Assembly: GCA_034669905.1 (NCBI GenBank) | Contig: JAXMOL010000068.1 | Location: 1 to 39,430 of the forward strand | From: Candidatus Hydrogenedentota bacterium | GTDB lineage: Bacteria; Hydrogenedentota; Hydrogenedentia; Hydrogenedentales; JAEUWI01 | Length of the DNA stretch: 39,430 bases | Direction: 5' to 3' | Shown here: one piece after another, positions 19,889 through 29,822 of the stretch | How positions within the stretch are numbered: position 1 is the first letter of the stretch | Layout of the letters: each line of letters begins with the position of its first letter | Notes under the pieces: generated by a model | Told to the model about the DNA's origin: nothing | Seen by the model: the letters and a program-made list of their open reading frames with translations, nothing else | Database searches by the model: none | Program-made: the position numbers and the translations under genes

Positions 19889-21160
19889 ATGGCTCCCCTC
19901 ACGGCAGATAAAAAAACCGACCAACTCGACGCCCTTCGTCGGGAATTGAACGTGGATGCGATCCGCGAAGACTTCCCCATACTCCGCCTCGAGCGCAATG
20001 GGAAGCCCCTCGTCTATCTGGACAACGCGGCCACGTCACAGACGCCGCGCCAGGTGGTAGACGCCATTTCGGATTACTATTTCACGAAGAATGCCAACGT
20101 CCACCGTGGCGTGCACCACCTGAGTCAGGTGGCCACCGATGTGTATGAGGCGGCCCGTAACAAGATCGCCCAGTTCATCGGTGCCCATGTAGGCTGTGAG
20201 ATCATCTTCACCAAAGGCACGACCGAGGCCATCAACCTCGTGGCCCAGACCTATGGCCGCAAGCACATCCGCGAGGGCGATGAAATCCTGATCTCCTACA
20301 TGGAGCATCACTCCAACATCGTACCCTGGCAGATGCTCTGCGAAGAGACGGGCGCCACCCTCAAGGTGGTCCCCATCAATGACGATGGCGAGATGATCAT
20401 GGAGGAGTTTGACGCCCTGCTCTCGGAGCGGACCAAGCTCGTCTCCGTGGTGCACGTATCAAACGCCCTCGGCACGATTAACCCCATCGAAACCATCATC
20501 GAAAAGGCCCATGCCATGGGCGTGCCGGTCTTACTCGACGGCGCTCAGAGCACGCCCCACATGCCCATCGATGTGAAGGCGCTGGATGTCGACTTCTACG
20601 CCTGCTCCGCCCACAAGATGTATGGCCCCACGGGCATGGGCATCCTCTATGGCAAGGCGACCCTCCTGGAGGAAATGCCCCCCTTCCACGGCGGCGGCGA
20701 CATGATCCTCTCGGTGACCTTTGAGAAGACGGTCTTTAACACCCTGCCCTACAAGTTTGAGGCGGGTACGCCCCACATTGCGGGCGTGGTCGCCCTCGGT
20801 GCCACGGTGGACTACCTCAACACCATCGGCATGGATAAGATCGCGGCCTATGAAGCGGCCCTCCTCGACTATGGCACCCAGGCCCTGGAACAGGTCGAAG
20901 GGGTCCAGATTATCGGCACGGCAAAAAAGAAGGCGGGGGTACTTTCCTTCACCATGGAACACGCCCACCCCCATGATATCGGCCAGATTCTGGACGATCA
21001 CGGAGTGGCCATCCGCGCCGGTCACCACTGTGCACAGCCGGTGATGCAACGTTTTGGCGTGGCTGCTACGGCGCGGGCCTCCCTGGCCGTGTATAATACC
21101 AGGGAAGAGATCGATGCGCTCATTGGGGCGTTGGAAGATGTAAACAAGGTATTTGCTTAA
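19889..21160 (+). CDS. sufS: Cysteine desulfurase SufS
   Basis: YLDNAATSQ, NVHRG, EHHSNIVPW, SAHKMYGP (PLP Lys), FEAGTP, RAGHHCA (group II). Confidence 0.97.
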   Translation: MAPLTADKKTDQLDALRRELNVDAIREDFPILRLERNGKPLVYLDNAATSQTPRQVVDAISDYYFTKNANVHRGVHHLSQVATDVYEAARNKIAQFIGAHVGCEIIFTKGTTEAINLVAQTYGRKHIREGDEILISYMEHHSNIVPWQMLCEETGATLKVVPINDDGEMIMEEFDALLSERTKLVSVVHVSNALGTINPIETIIEKAHAMGVPVLLDGAQSTPHMPIDVKALDVDFYACSAHKMYGPTGMGILYGKATLLEEMPPFHGGGDMILSVTFEKTVFNTLPYKFEAGTPHIAGVVALGATVDYLNTIGMDKIAAYEAALLDYGTQALEQVEGVQIIGTAKKKAGVLSFTMEHAHPHDIGQILDDHGVAIRAGHHCAQPVMQRFGVAATARASLAVYNTREEIDALIGALEDVNKVFA

Positions 21161-21615
21161 TGTCCGATTCCCGCGCACTGTATGAACAGGTCATTCTGGA
21201 TCATAACAAGAATCCCCGTAACTTTAAGAAGCTCGAAGGGGCGGACCAGAGCATCGAGGGTTTTAACCCCCTTTGTGGAGACCACTTCACGGTCCATATC
21301 AAATTCGATGGTGAGGTCATTTCCGATCTTGCCTTTGAGGGGTCGGGCTGCGCCATCTCCAAATCGTCGGCGTCAGTAATGACGACCGTGCTCAAGGGGA
21401 AAACCCGCGAAGAGGCCGAAGCGCTCTTTCAGCATTTCCACCATATGATTACCGATGAGCCCGATGCGGCCATTGACGAAGAAACCCTGGGCAAGCTCCG
21501 GGTTTTCGCCGGGGTGCGCGAATTTCCAGTACGAATCAAGTGCGCGACCCTTGCCTGGCACGCCGTACACTCGGCCATCACCGGGGAGGCCGACAAGGTC
21601 AGCACGGAATCCTAA
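21160..21615 (+). CDS. sufU: SufU (IscU-like) sulfur-transfer protein
   Basis: LYEQVILDH, NPLCGD, GCAIS, RIKCATLAW; overlaps the sufS stop. Confidence 0.95.
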   Translation: MSDSRALYEQVILDHNKNPRNFKKLEGADQSIEGFNPLCGDHFTVHIKFDGEVISDLAFEGSGCAISKSSASVMTTVLKGKTREEAEALFQHFHHMITDEPDAAIDEETLGKLRVFAGVREFPVRIKCATLAWHAVHSAITGEADKVSTES

Positions 21616-21656
21616 GCCACATTTACCGCGACCCAATCGAAGCAATGCCCCCCTGA

Positions 21657-21672
21657 CGTTGTAGTTACAACG
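21657..21672. promoter_or_regulatory. Palindromic operator candidate upstream of nadA
   Basis: Perfect inverted repeat CGTTGTA-GT-TACAACG just upstream of -10-like TATGAT/TAGTAT. Confidence 0.45.
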
Positions 21673-21838
21673 AAGGGTATGATAGTATCCGCAGTTAAAT
21701 CGACGCCCTCGAGGCACTTTTATACACCGCTGCGTCACGAAAGGAAGCCAGACAGGCCCCCGCGAAAGCCTTCGCACCTGTTGCGCCGTCTGGCACGCAC
21801 GTTCATTAGAACGACACCATTGAGGAATCGAGTTCACA

Positions 21839-22912
21839 ATGACCTACGCCAATGCGCTTGAGTGCAGTACCTCGTTGGACGAAATCCGCTTGCAATTGCG
21901 GGAGAAATTGCAAGAGGTCATGCCGGAATTCGAAATTGACGTCAAAGCGGAAATCGCCCACCAGATTAATCTCTTGAAGAAAGAGATGAACGCCGTCATC
22001 CTCGGACACAATTACATGGAGCCGGCCCTCTACCACTCCGTGCCCGATTATGTGGGCGACTCCCTCCACCTTTCGGCTGTTTCCGCCAAGACCGATGCCG
22101 ACATTATCATCTTTTGCGGCGTCTGGTTCATGGGCGAAACCGCCAAGGTGCTCAACCCTACCAAGACCGTGCTCGTTCCCTCAGACAAGGCCGGCTGCTC
22201 TCTCGCCGCCGGTATTCAGGCGAGCGACGTCCAGGCCCTGAAAGCCAAGTACCCCGGTGTGCCGGTCGTGAGTTACATCAACACCTACGCCGACGTGAAG
22301 GTCGAATCGGACTATTGCTGCACCTCGGGCAACGCGGGCAAAGTGCTCAATCACCTCTTCGATCAGGGCCACAAGCGCATCATCTTTTTGCCCGATGAAT
22401 TCCTGGCACGCAACACCGCCGCCGAAATTGGCGTCGCCTATGCCCCGGCCCTCGACGAAGAAGCGGCCGCCGCCCTCGACGCCGATAAGCCCGCCGTACT
22501 CGGCTGGAACATCCGCTGCGAAGTGCACGAACTTTTCACGCCCCAGGACGTGGACAACATCCACCGCCAGTTCCCCGGCACAGTGGTCCTTGCCCACCCC
22601 GAGTGCAGCCCCGAAGTCATCGAGAAAGCCGACGTCTCCGGCAGCACCAAGGTTATGGTGGATTACATCGAACAGGTCGACGCCCCCCGCTACGCCCTCC
22701 TCACCGAGTGCAGCATGGGTGATAACATGGCCGGTCAATTCCCCCACCGCGAAATGATTCGCAGCTGCAACCTCCGCTGCAAGCACATGAACCAAATCAG
22801 CTTGGAAGATACCCTCGCGGCACTCCAGCAGATTCGCTATAAAGTCGAGCTCGACGAAGCCACCATCCAGGGCGCGAAGAAGCCCATCGACCGGATGCTG
22901 GAAATTCGGTAG
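21839..22912 (+). CDS. nadA: Quinolinate synthase A
   Basis: ILGHNY, GDS, FCGVWFMGETAK, AGCSLA, YINT, CTSGNA, CEVH, AHPEC, GST, CKHM; three Fe-S cysteines present. Confidence 0.96.
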   Translation: MTYANALECSTSLDEIRLQLREKLQEVMPEFEIDVKAEIAHQINLLKKEMNAVILGHNYMEPALYHSVPDYVGDSLHLSAVSAKTDADIIIFCGVWFMGETAKVLNPTKTVLVPSDKAGCSLAAGIQASDVQALKAKYPGVPVVSYINTYADVKVESDYCCTSGNAGKVLNHLFDQGHKRIIFLPDEFLARNTAAEIGVAYAPALDEEAAAALDADKPAVLGWNIRCEVHELFTPQDVDNIHRQFPGTVVLAHPECSPEVIEKADVSGSTKVMVDYIEQVDAPRYALLTECSMGDNMAGQFPHREMIRSCNLRCKHMNQISLEDTLAALQQIRYKVELDEATIQGAKKPIDRMLEIR

Positions 22913-22937
22913 ACCGAAATTACACGCAGACTTTTTT

Positions 22938-22971
22938 ACGCGCCCCTGGCACCCGCCGAGGGCGCGTTTTT
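22938..22971 (+). terminator. Rho-independent terminator of nadA
   Basis: ACGCGCCC-C-TGGC-accc-GCCG-A-GGGCGCGT followed by TTTT. Confidence 0.75.
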
Positions 22972-23041
22972 GGGTTCCACCTCAAACAGTGTTACAGGTG
23001 CTTTTTGAAATCCTGACCAACGATGTATTAGAACTAACCGC

Positions 23042-23263
23042 ATGAAACAAGACACCTACTCACAAGCCCGCCAACACCTCTCGGAGGTGCTCGACGCCAA
23101 CCGTGACGATGAAGTCCTCATCACCCGTCGTGGCGGAGACACCTCCAGCGTCACCTGTAAAACGCGGAGTGAGTCACCTTTCGACATTCCTGGTATAGAC
23201 ACGAAGGCAATCACTTCGGACATTCTGGATGCCGTCCGGGCGTCTCGCAGTCGCGGCGAATAA
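23042..23263 (+). CDS. Orphan Phd/YefM-like antitoxin, possibly decaying
   Basis: TYSQARQHLSEVLD...EVLITRRGG...SPFDIPGI...DILDAVRASR; no intact toxin next to it. Confidence 0.75.
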   Translation: MKQDTYSQARQHLSEVLDANRDDEVLITRRGGDTSSVTCKTRSESPFDIPGIDTKAITSDILDAVRASRSRGE

Positions 23264-23315
23264 GGCGTACGGGAACCCGGTCTACGTATAGAGCGGGCAT
23301 TTTCTAAAAATCCAT

Positions 23316-23433
23316 TGCCAGCACATGAGCCAGATCAGCCTGGAAGACACCCTCGCGGCACTCCAGCAGACTCACTATAAGGTCGAGCCTGACGAAGCCA
23401 CCATCCAGGGCGCGAAGAAGCCCATCGACCGGA
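23316..23433 (+). repeat. Diverged direct duplication of the nadA 3' end (22778-22895)
   Basis: 118 bp, offset 538, 10 mismatches by manual alignment; lacks the last 17 nt of nadA. Confidence 0.95.
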
Positions 23434-23459
23434 GACAAAGAACACAAGGAAACTCGCCC

Positions 23460-24386
23460 ATGCGCCCCTTCATTGTCTGCTGTACCCTCGCGATTTCGTT
23501 TCTCTGCTTCAGCCTCAACGCTGCCGCCCTCGGTTTCTCGATGGAAGGCAATGACCCGGTGGGGCCGGCCAATTACACGGATTGGCCCGGTGCCGAGAAG
23601 GTGGTCGACAATCCCAGCCGCATTTTCCAGGTCTGGGTTAATGGTAGTGAGACCAATTATTTTCGCGGGGACACGGCATCCCTGAATGTGGCGCTGGAGC
23701 ATTTTGCGGCGATACAGGTTCCCGTTCATGAGATTGCGCTGCTGCCTGGCCCTGGCAAGGCGAGTGCCTTTGGCGAAGAAGAATTTACCTATGATTGGCG
23801 ACTCAACCTGCTGGGCGGCATCTCCCATTTCCTGCATAAAGAGGAGACGGATACCCGGGTCTATGATGACCACCCGACCTTGACCATTTTCGTTGGCGAC
23901 GGAAACATTGAACTGGCCCAGCTGGTCATCCCCCGGGGCGTTACGGTGTTGCAGTTGGATGACCTGCGGGCACGCTACTACGCCGGTCTACGGAGCGAGA
24001 ACCAACGGGTCCGGGAGGCCGCGGTGGGACGCCTCGCCGCCATCGACCCGTATGGTGAGGAGAGTCTGGCACGTATCATCGGGACCTACGTGGAGACGTA
24101 CGATGGCACGGAAACGTGGGAAGAAATGTCCGCGCCGCGTTTTAAGTATATTGACCCGACTCGTGTGGCGACGCGACTCCAGCATTTTGGGAAGCCGGCC
24201 CGGGCCATTCTGGTCAACCAGCTCGCCCGCGAGGACGTGCTGGAAGAGCAAAAGACGTGGATACGCAAGGCCATCCAGTTTATTGATGACCTGCCGGACA
24301 CCTCGGAAGCGGCGGCCAAGTCGCAGAAGCAGGCGGCGGCGATTGCGCAATTCCTGGACCAGTCGAACTTCAAAGTTCTTCGGTAA
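23460..24386 (+). CDS. Secreted hypothetical protein (possible HEAT-like C-terminal part)
   Basis: Signal peptide MRPFIVCCTLAISFLCFSLNAAA, AAGGA RBS; the longer ORF from 23325 only adds the duplicated nadA fragment. Confidence 0.75.
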   Translation: MRPFIVCCTLAISFLCFSLNAAALGFSMEGNDPVGPANYTDWPGAEKVVDNPSRIFQVWVNGSETNYFRGDTASLNVALEHFAAIQVPVHEIALLPGPGKASAFGEEEFTYDWRLNLLGGISHFLHKEETDTRVYDDHPTLTIFVGDGNIELAQLVIPRGVTVLQLDDLRARYYAGLRSENQRVREAAVGRLAAIDPYGEESLARIIGTYVETYDGTETWEEMSAPRFKYIDPTRVATRLQHFGKPARAILVNQLAREDVLEEQKTWIRKAIQFIDDLPDTSEAAAKSQKQAAAIAQFLDQSNFKVLR

Positions 24387-24534
24387 TCGCCGGAGAGGAC
24401 GTAGTACACTTTATGATGTCGGGCCGCTGGAACGAGCATTCGTCCGCAGTGGCATACCCACACCTCCCGGGTGATTCTTTCCCAGCCCACGAACAGCACA
24501 GTTCACTGATGCAAACGCGTAGCGCGAATGTGAG

Positions 24535-25443
24535 ATGACCATGGACGAATTCGTCGCCCCCATTGAGAAACGACTTCGATTGGAAACAGCCGCTCGCCTC
24601 AAGATTGACCGGCTTCCGAGATGGGTGCATGGCGTGGGTCTCTGCGGCACCTTGGCGGTCCTGGCGCTCTTTATCGTGGTCTACCTGATCTTCAAAGACG
24701 TGGCCCTATGGGACGGTTGGGAACCCGCGGGCGAGTTTAAGAATCCCCAGTATGGCGAACGCATCTACGCGGACAGTGTTTTTCGCACGCGGATGAATAC
24801 GTGGTCCAATCTGAGCTATATCCTCTTTGGCTTCTATGCCATCGCGCTGGCGCTCAACGATTGGAAAAAGAAACGTCCCCTCCAACGGGGTTACCTGGCG
24901 CACACCCCGATCCAGAGCTTCCTCTTTGGCGTGGCAGGTATCTACTCGGGCCTGGGAAGCGGTTTCTTCCACGCCTCCCTCACCCGCTATGGGCAGCAGT
25001 GTGATGTGGGGGCCATGTATGCCGCCATGATTTGTCTGGCGGCCATCCCGATTGGCAGCTGGTTACCGCGGATAGAGATTCCCTGGACGAGGCGGGTCGT
25101 TCATTCGTGGCCCCTGATCGGGACCCTTGTCGTGGTGGGAAGTCTCTACTTCACCTACTATAAGTGGGACTATTCGTTTCGGGAGGTCTCGGCCTACTCC
25201 ACGGGGGTGTTGTTTATTTTTGCGGGGGTAAGCTTCGTTCAGCCGGGCAAGTATCTTCAGCTGCGGTGGTTTGTCGCGGCCTTCGTGGCCATCATCATTG
25301 CGTCCCACATTCGCACCCTCGACATTCAAGATCGCTTTACCGGCCCCGATTCCCTTTTTCAGGGCCATGCGGTATGGCACCTGATTTCCTGCCTGCTGTA
25401 TGTGTTCCTGTTTTTGTATTTTCGCTCCGAAGAGCGGGCATAG
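24535..25443 (+). CDS. Ceramidase-like 7-TM hydrolase (CREST superfamily)
   Basis: NTWSNLSY, GSGFFHAS (SxxxH), QCDVGAM, GHAVWH (HxxxH) metal ligands; multiple TM helices. Confidence 0.85.
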   Translation: MTMDEFVAPIEKRLRLETAARLKIDRLPRWVHGVGLCGTLAVLALFIVVYLIFKDVALWDGWEPAGEFKNPQYGERIYADSVFRTRMNTWSNLSYILFGFYAIALALNDWKKKRPLQRGYLAHTPIQSFLFGVAGIYSGLGSGFFHASLTRYGQQCDVGAMYAAMICLAAIPIGSWLPRIEIPWTRRVVHSWPLIGTLVVVGSLYFTYYKWDYSFREVSAYSTGVLFIFAGVSFVQPGKYLQLRWFVAAFVAIIIASHIRTLDIQDRFTGPDSLFQGHAVWHLISCLLYVFLFLYFRSEERA

Positions 25444-25626
25444 TGTCTCGCGCGGTACCTTAACACGTTCCATACGCCCCCTCCATTCGCACGAACCCTC
25501 CTCCGGCACGCCTTCAACCCGCGTGCCTCGGGAGCGTGCGGTATGTCTGGTGGACTTGTGACTCGGCATCGCCCTCCTACGGCGCGTCGTGGACGTGGCA
25601 CGGGCGGACGGCCCCCGGATAGAGGA

Positions 25627-25661
25627 ATCGCGCGGTGTCCCTTGGTGGGGCACCGCGCGAT
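25627..25661. terminator. GC-rich hairpin between convergent genes, possible terminator of carB
   Basis: ATCGCGCGGTGTCCC-ttggt-GGGGCACCGCGCGAT; weak U-tracts. Confidence 0.55.
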
Positions 25662-25701
25662 GGGATTATTCAGGGTATGCCGTTCTAGACACGGCCTGCG
25701 A

Positions 25702-28700
25702 TTACTTGCCGAGTTCGTGATATTCCTGGAGGGACGTTATAGACACATCCCCCTCTTTCAGCGCACGAATGGCCATTACGGCCGCCCGGGCCGCCGCCAG
25801 GGTAGTCATCGTGGGGATGTTGTTTTCCAGGGCCGTACGGCGGATAGCCCGCTCGTCAAACTTGGATTCGGCACCGAGGGGGGTGTTGATAATCCAGTCC
25901 ACTTCATCGTTGATGATATGGTCGACAACGTTGGGCCGACCCTCGCCGACCTTGTAGACCTCTTGGACCTCGATGCCTTCTTTACGAAGTACTTCGGCGG
26001 TGCCGTCTGTCGCCAGGAACTTGAATCCCAATTCGGCCAGGTCTTTGGCAAGGGTTCCGATCTTCGCCTTGTCACGCTTGTTGAGACTGATGAACACCGT
26101 ACCGCTCAGCGGCACGCTGTTGCCCGCAGCAATCTGGCTCTTGGCGAAGGCAAGGCCCATGTTTTTGTCAATGCCCATCACTTCGCCGGTGCTGCGCATT
26201 TCCGGTCCGAGCAGGGTGTCGACGCCGGGGAACTTGATGAAGGGCAGCACCACTTCCTTGGCGGAGGTGTATTGGGGCACGGGATCTTTGGTGAAGCCAA
26301 GTTCCGTGAGCTTCTTGCCGGCCATGACGCGGGCGGCCAACTTGGCGAGGGGCACGCCAATCGACTTGCTGACGAAGGGCACAGTCCGGCTGGCCCGGGG
26401 ATTTACCTCAATCAGGAAAATGTCATTGTCCCGGATAGCAAACTGAATATTCATGAGTCCGATGACATTGAGCTCCAATGCCAACGCGCGGGTCTGCTCT
26501 TTCACCCGCTCGATGATCGCATCGTCAAGATCGTAGGGCGGGAGAATACAGGCACTGTCACCGGAGTGAATACCGGCTTCTTCAATGTGCTGCATGATAC
26601 CGGCAACGACCACGGTCTCCCCGTCGCAGATGGCATCCACATCCAACTCGACGGCGCTCTCCAGGAACTTATCGATAAGGATAGGCGCCTCGGGGGAAGC
26701 CTCGACCGCGTAGGTCATATAGCGGTTAAGCGATTCCCGGTCGTAGACGATTTCCATGGCCCGGCCACCCAACACAAAGGAGGGGCGCACCACTACCGGA
26801 TAGCCGATGTTTTCGGCAATTTCCGCCGCCTCTTCAAAGGAGACCGCGGTCTCATTGGCGGGCTGGAGGAGCTTAAGCTTTTCCACCACATCGCGGAAAC
26901 GTTTCCGATCTTCTGCGCGGGAAATGCTGTCCGGCGAAGTGCCGATGATGGGCGCTCCTGCCGCTTCCAGGCGTTCGGCCAGGTTCAAGGGGGTCTGACC
27001 ACCGTACTGGACAATGACGCCCTTGGGCTGCACCCGGTCAATGATGTTCATCACGTCTTCGAAGGTGACGGGCTCGAAGAAAAGGCTGTCCGACGTGTCA
27101 TAGTCGGTCGACACGGTCTCGGGATTGCAGTTGACCATGATGGTCTCGTAGCCGTCGTCCTTCAGGGCAAAGGCCGCGTGGACACAGCAATAGTCAAATT
27201 CGATGCCCTGGCCGATACGGTTGGGGCCGCCACCGAGAATAATGATGCGTTCTTTGTCGCTGCCCTTGTATTCATCTTCGTCACCATAGGACGAGTAATA
27301 ATAGGGTGTATAGGCCTCAAATTCTGCGGCACAGGTATCCACCAGTCGATAGCAGGGGAAGATGCCATGCTTCTTGCGCTTGGCCCGGATGGCGTCATCG
27401 CTCTTATTCCAGAGTCGTGCGAGCTGGTGATCAGAGAACCCAAACTGCTTGGCACGGCGCAACACGGCGGGATCGTCGGGACTGTCCGTTTCCATGGCCT
27501 TGTACAGGTCCACGATTTCTTTCATCTGGCGCACAAACCACCGATCGATCCAGGTAGCTTTGTGGACTTCTTCCACCGTGGCACCCAGGCGCAGGGCCTC
27601 GGCGATATGGCCCATTCTGCTGGGCGTCGGCTTGCGCATCGCCTTCAACAGGGCCTTCTTCTCCACCTCGCTATCGGGCACGCCGGTGAGGGGCTTCACG
27701 CCGCCGTCACCCACAAAGCCGGAACGGCCAACTTCGAGTCCCCGCAGGGCTTTCTGCAGGGATTCCTTGAAGGTGCGGCCGATGGACATGGTCTCGCCCA
27801 CGCTCTTCATCTGCACACCCAGGTTGGGCTCGGAGCCGGGGAACTTTTCAAAGGCCCAGCGGGGGATTTTTGTGACCACATAGTCGATGGTTGGCTCGAA
27901 GGATGCGGGGGTTTCGCGGGTGATATCGTTGCGAATCTCGTCGAGCGAATAGCCCACGGCGAGCTTGGCCGCGATCTTGGCGATGGGGAATCCCGTCGCC
28001 TTGGAGGCCAGGGCCGAACTGCGGCTTACCCGGGGGTTCATCTCGATGACGATCATGCGTCCCGATTTGGGGTCCACGGCAAACTGCACGTTGGAGCCGC
28101 CGGTGTCGACGCCAATCTCGCGAATAATGGCCACGGCCGCATCGCGCATGACCTGATACTCTTTATCCGTGAGGGTCTGAGCCGGGGCGACGGTGATACT
28201 GTCACCCGTATGAACGCCCATGGCATCCACATTTTCGATGGAACAGATGATAACGACGTTATCTTTCATGTCCCGCATGACTTCCAGCTCGTATTCTTTC
28301 CAACCGATGATGGACTCTTCGATGAGCACCTCGGTCACGGGGCTGGCTTCGAGGCCATACTGGACGGCCGCTTCGTATTCGTCTTTGTTGAAGGCAAGCC
28401 CTGCCCCCGAGCCACCCAGCGTATACGCCGGTCGAATGACGGCGGCGTAGTTAACTTCTTTACCGAACTCGCGGGCTTCTTCCAGGGTATGGACCACTTC
28501 GCTGCGGGGCACGTCGAGGCCGATCTTAATCATGGCCTCCTTAAATTCACCGCGATCTTCCGCCTTGCGAATGGCTGGCAATTTTGCACCAATCAACTCG
28601 CAGTTATATTTCTCGAGAATCCCGGCCTCGGCCAGATTGACGGCGAGGTTGAGGCCGGTCTGCCCCCCTACCGTCGGCAAGACGGCGTCGGGACGCTCTT

Positions 28701-28938
28701 TGGCAATGACACGCTCCAGGAACTCGACAGTCAGGGGTTCGATATACACACGGTCTGCCGTTTCCGGGTCCGTCATGATGGTCGCCGGATTGCTGTTGGC
28801 AAGTACGACAGTGTAGCCCTCTTCCCGCAGGGCCTTACAGGCCTGGGTGCCGGAGTAGTCGAACTCACAGGCTTGCCCAATAACAATCGGGCCGGATCCA
28901 ATCAGCAAAATCTTTTTAATGTCAGTTCTCTTTGGCAT
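25702..28938 (-). CDS. carB: Carbamoyl-phosphate synthase large subunit
   Basis: [30 protein letters not shown], duplicated ATP-grasp domains, [15 protein letters not shown]-terminal MGS domain. Confidence 0.98.
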   Translation of the reverse strand: MPKRTDIKKILLIGSGPIVIGQACEFDYSGTQACKALREEGYTVVLANSNPATIMTDPETADRVYIEPLTVEFLERVIAKERPDAVLPTVGGQTGLNLAVNLAEAGILEKYNCELIGAKLPAIRKAEDRGEFKEAMIKIGLDVPRSEVVHTLEEAREFGKEVNYAAVIRPAYTLGGSGAGLAFNKDEYEAAVQYGLEASPVTEVLIEESIIGWKEYELEVMRDMKDNVVIICSIENVDAMGVHTGDSITVAPAQTLTDKEYQVMRDAAVAIIREIGVDTGGSNVQFAVDPKSGRMIVIEMNPRVSRSSALASKATGFPIAKIAAKLAVGYSLDEIRNDITRETPASFEPTIDYVVTKIPRWAFEKFPGSEPNLGVQMKSVGETMSIGRTFKESLQKALRGLEVGRSGFVGDGGVKPLTGVPDSEVEKKALLKAMRKPTPSRMGHIAEALRLGATVEEVHKATWIDRWFVRQMKEIVDLYKAMETDSPDDPAVLRRAKQFGFSDHQLARLWNKSDDAIRAKRKKHGIFPCYRLVDTCAAEFEAYTPYYYSSYGDEDEYKGSDKERIIILGGGPNRIGQGIEFDYCCVHAAFALKDDGYETIMVNCNPETVSTDYDTSDSLFFEPVTFEDVMNIIDRVQPKGVIVQYGGQTPLNLAERLEAAGAPIIGTSPDSISRAEDRKRFRDVVEKLKLLQPANETAVSFEEAAEIAENIGYPVVVRPSFVLGGRAMEIVYDRESLNRYMTYAVEASPEAPILIDKFLESAVELDVDAICDGETVVVAGIMQHIEEAGIHSGDSACILPPYDLDDAIIERVKEQTRALALELNVIGLMNIQFAIRDNDIFLIEVNPRASRTVPFVSKSIGVPLAKLAARVMAGKKLTELGFTKDPVPQYTSAKEVVLPFIKFPGVDTLLGPEMRSTGEVMGIDKNMGLAFAKSQIAAGNSVPLSGTVFISLNKRDKAKIGTLAKDLAELGFKFLATDGTAEVLRKEGIEVQEVYKVGEGRPNVVDHIINDEVDWIINTPLGAESKFDERAIRRTALENNIPTMTTLAAARAAVMAIRALKEGDVSITSLQEYHELGK

Positions 28939-29052
28939 GGCACACTTCGAGTTCGTTGGGTTGGTCTCTCGCGCGCGGCGAAAGCGGCTCCAGGCAACGG
29001 GGGTTAATGTAAAAACAGGATTCAGACGTTCGCGGTCGGTCTGAAATGGGGG

Positions 29053-29520
29053 TTAGTAGGTGATTTCCAGAACCGTCAGGCGAAGCTCGCCCGCGGGAAC
29101 TGTCGCGACGGCTTCTTCCCCCACGGCCTTTCCGAGGATGGCCTTCCCGACCGGAGATGCCGTGGAAATCTTGCCATTGGCCATATCGGCCTCCACCGGG
29201 CTCACCAGGATGTAGGTCAGTTCTTTCTTGGTCTTGGCGTTGCGCAGGCGCACCGAAGCGCCCATGTAGGCCCGGCTCGTGTCGATATCCTGCTCTTCGA
29301 GAATGGCCGCCCGGGAAATCTTGTCTTCCACGTCTGAAATCTTGGCGTGAAGCATGCCCTGCTCTTCTTTGGCTGAGTGGTACTCCGCGTTTTCCTTCAG
29401 GTCACCCAGCGAACGGGCGTGCTCTATCGCATCAGCCACCTTCATGCGGCGCTGGTTCATCTCGACCAGTTCTGCCTTGAGTTTTTCCAGGCCCTCTCGG
29501 GAAACGTAGATTTTTTCCAT
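29053..29520 (-). CDS. greA: Transcription elongation factor GreA
   Basis: ARSLGDLKENAEYHSAKEEQ, EAD...KISTASPVGKAILG. Confidence 0.96.
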   Translation of the reverse strand: MEKIYVSREGLEKLKAELVEMNQRRMKVADAIEHARSLGDLKENAEYHSAKEEQGMLHAKISDVEDKISRAAILEEQDIDTSRAYMGASVRLRNAKTKKELTYILVSPVEADMANGKISTASPVGKAILGKAVGEEAVATVPAGELRLTVLEITY

Positions 29521-29622
29521 AGTGCTCTATCCAACCGGTTCGCTTCATGCTGCAGACGACGACCCGGGAGGGGCGGGGCTCCTCCACGCCCTGGACGGGG
29601 CGGGGTCGTGCTAAACGTGCTA

Positions 29623-29651
29623 AGTATAGCAGAGGAACGCGGGATCGTTAA
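29623..29651 (-). promoter_or_regulatory. Candidate sigma-70 promoter of greA-carB
   Basis: TTAACG-N17-TATACT on the minus strand. Confidence 0.5.
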
Positions 29652-29721
29652 ATGTTCCCGTAAACGGGCACCTCTAAACCGCTATTTCCAAAGGCATTGC
29701 AGCGATCAACCGTCCGAAAAC

Positions 29722-29750
29722 TTGCATGGGAAAGCACCAGAAACTATAAT
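29722..29750 (+). promoter_or_regulatory. Candidate sigma-70 promoter of guaBA
   Basis: TTGCAT-N17-TATAAT. Confidence 0.65.
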
Positions 29751-29822
29751 ATGTCACCCGGAGCGGCGGGCGCCTTCGGGGTCGGGGCACGAATTCATGG
29801 TTCAAACCTCTTGGAACGCAAA

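Noticed and set aside
21791..21806. Sigma-54 promoter TGGCACG-CACG-TTCAT before nadA
   Set aside because: Poor -12 element, and it overlaps the stem of the leader hairpin.
23325..23459. NadA-tail fusion at the N-terminus of the 353-aa ORF
   Set aside because: Comes from the duplicated nadA fragment; the ATG at 23460 has an RBS and begins a signal peptide.
25543..29007. 1154-aa plus-strand ORF, and similar long antisense ORFs at 5606-7198, 12384-14060, 16072-17616, 32970-34844, 34884-36119
   Set aside because: Each mirrors a better-supported gene on the opposite strand; typical shadow ORFs.
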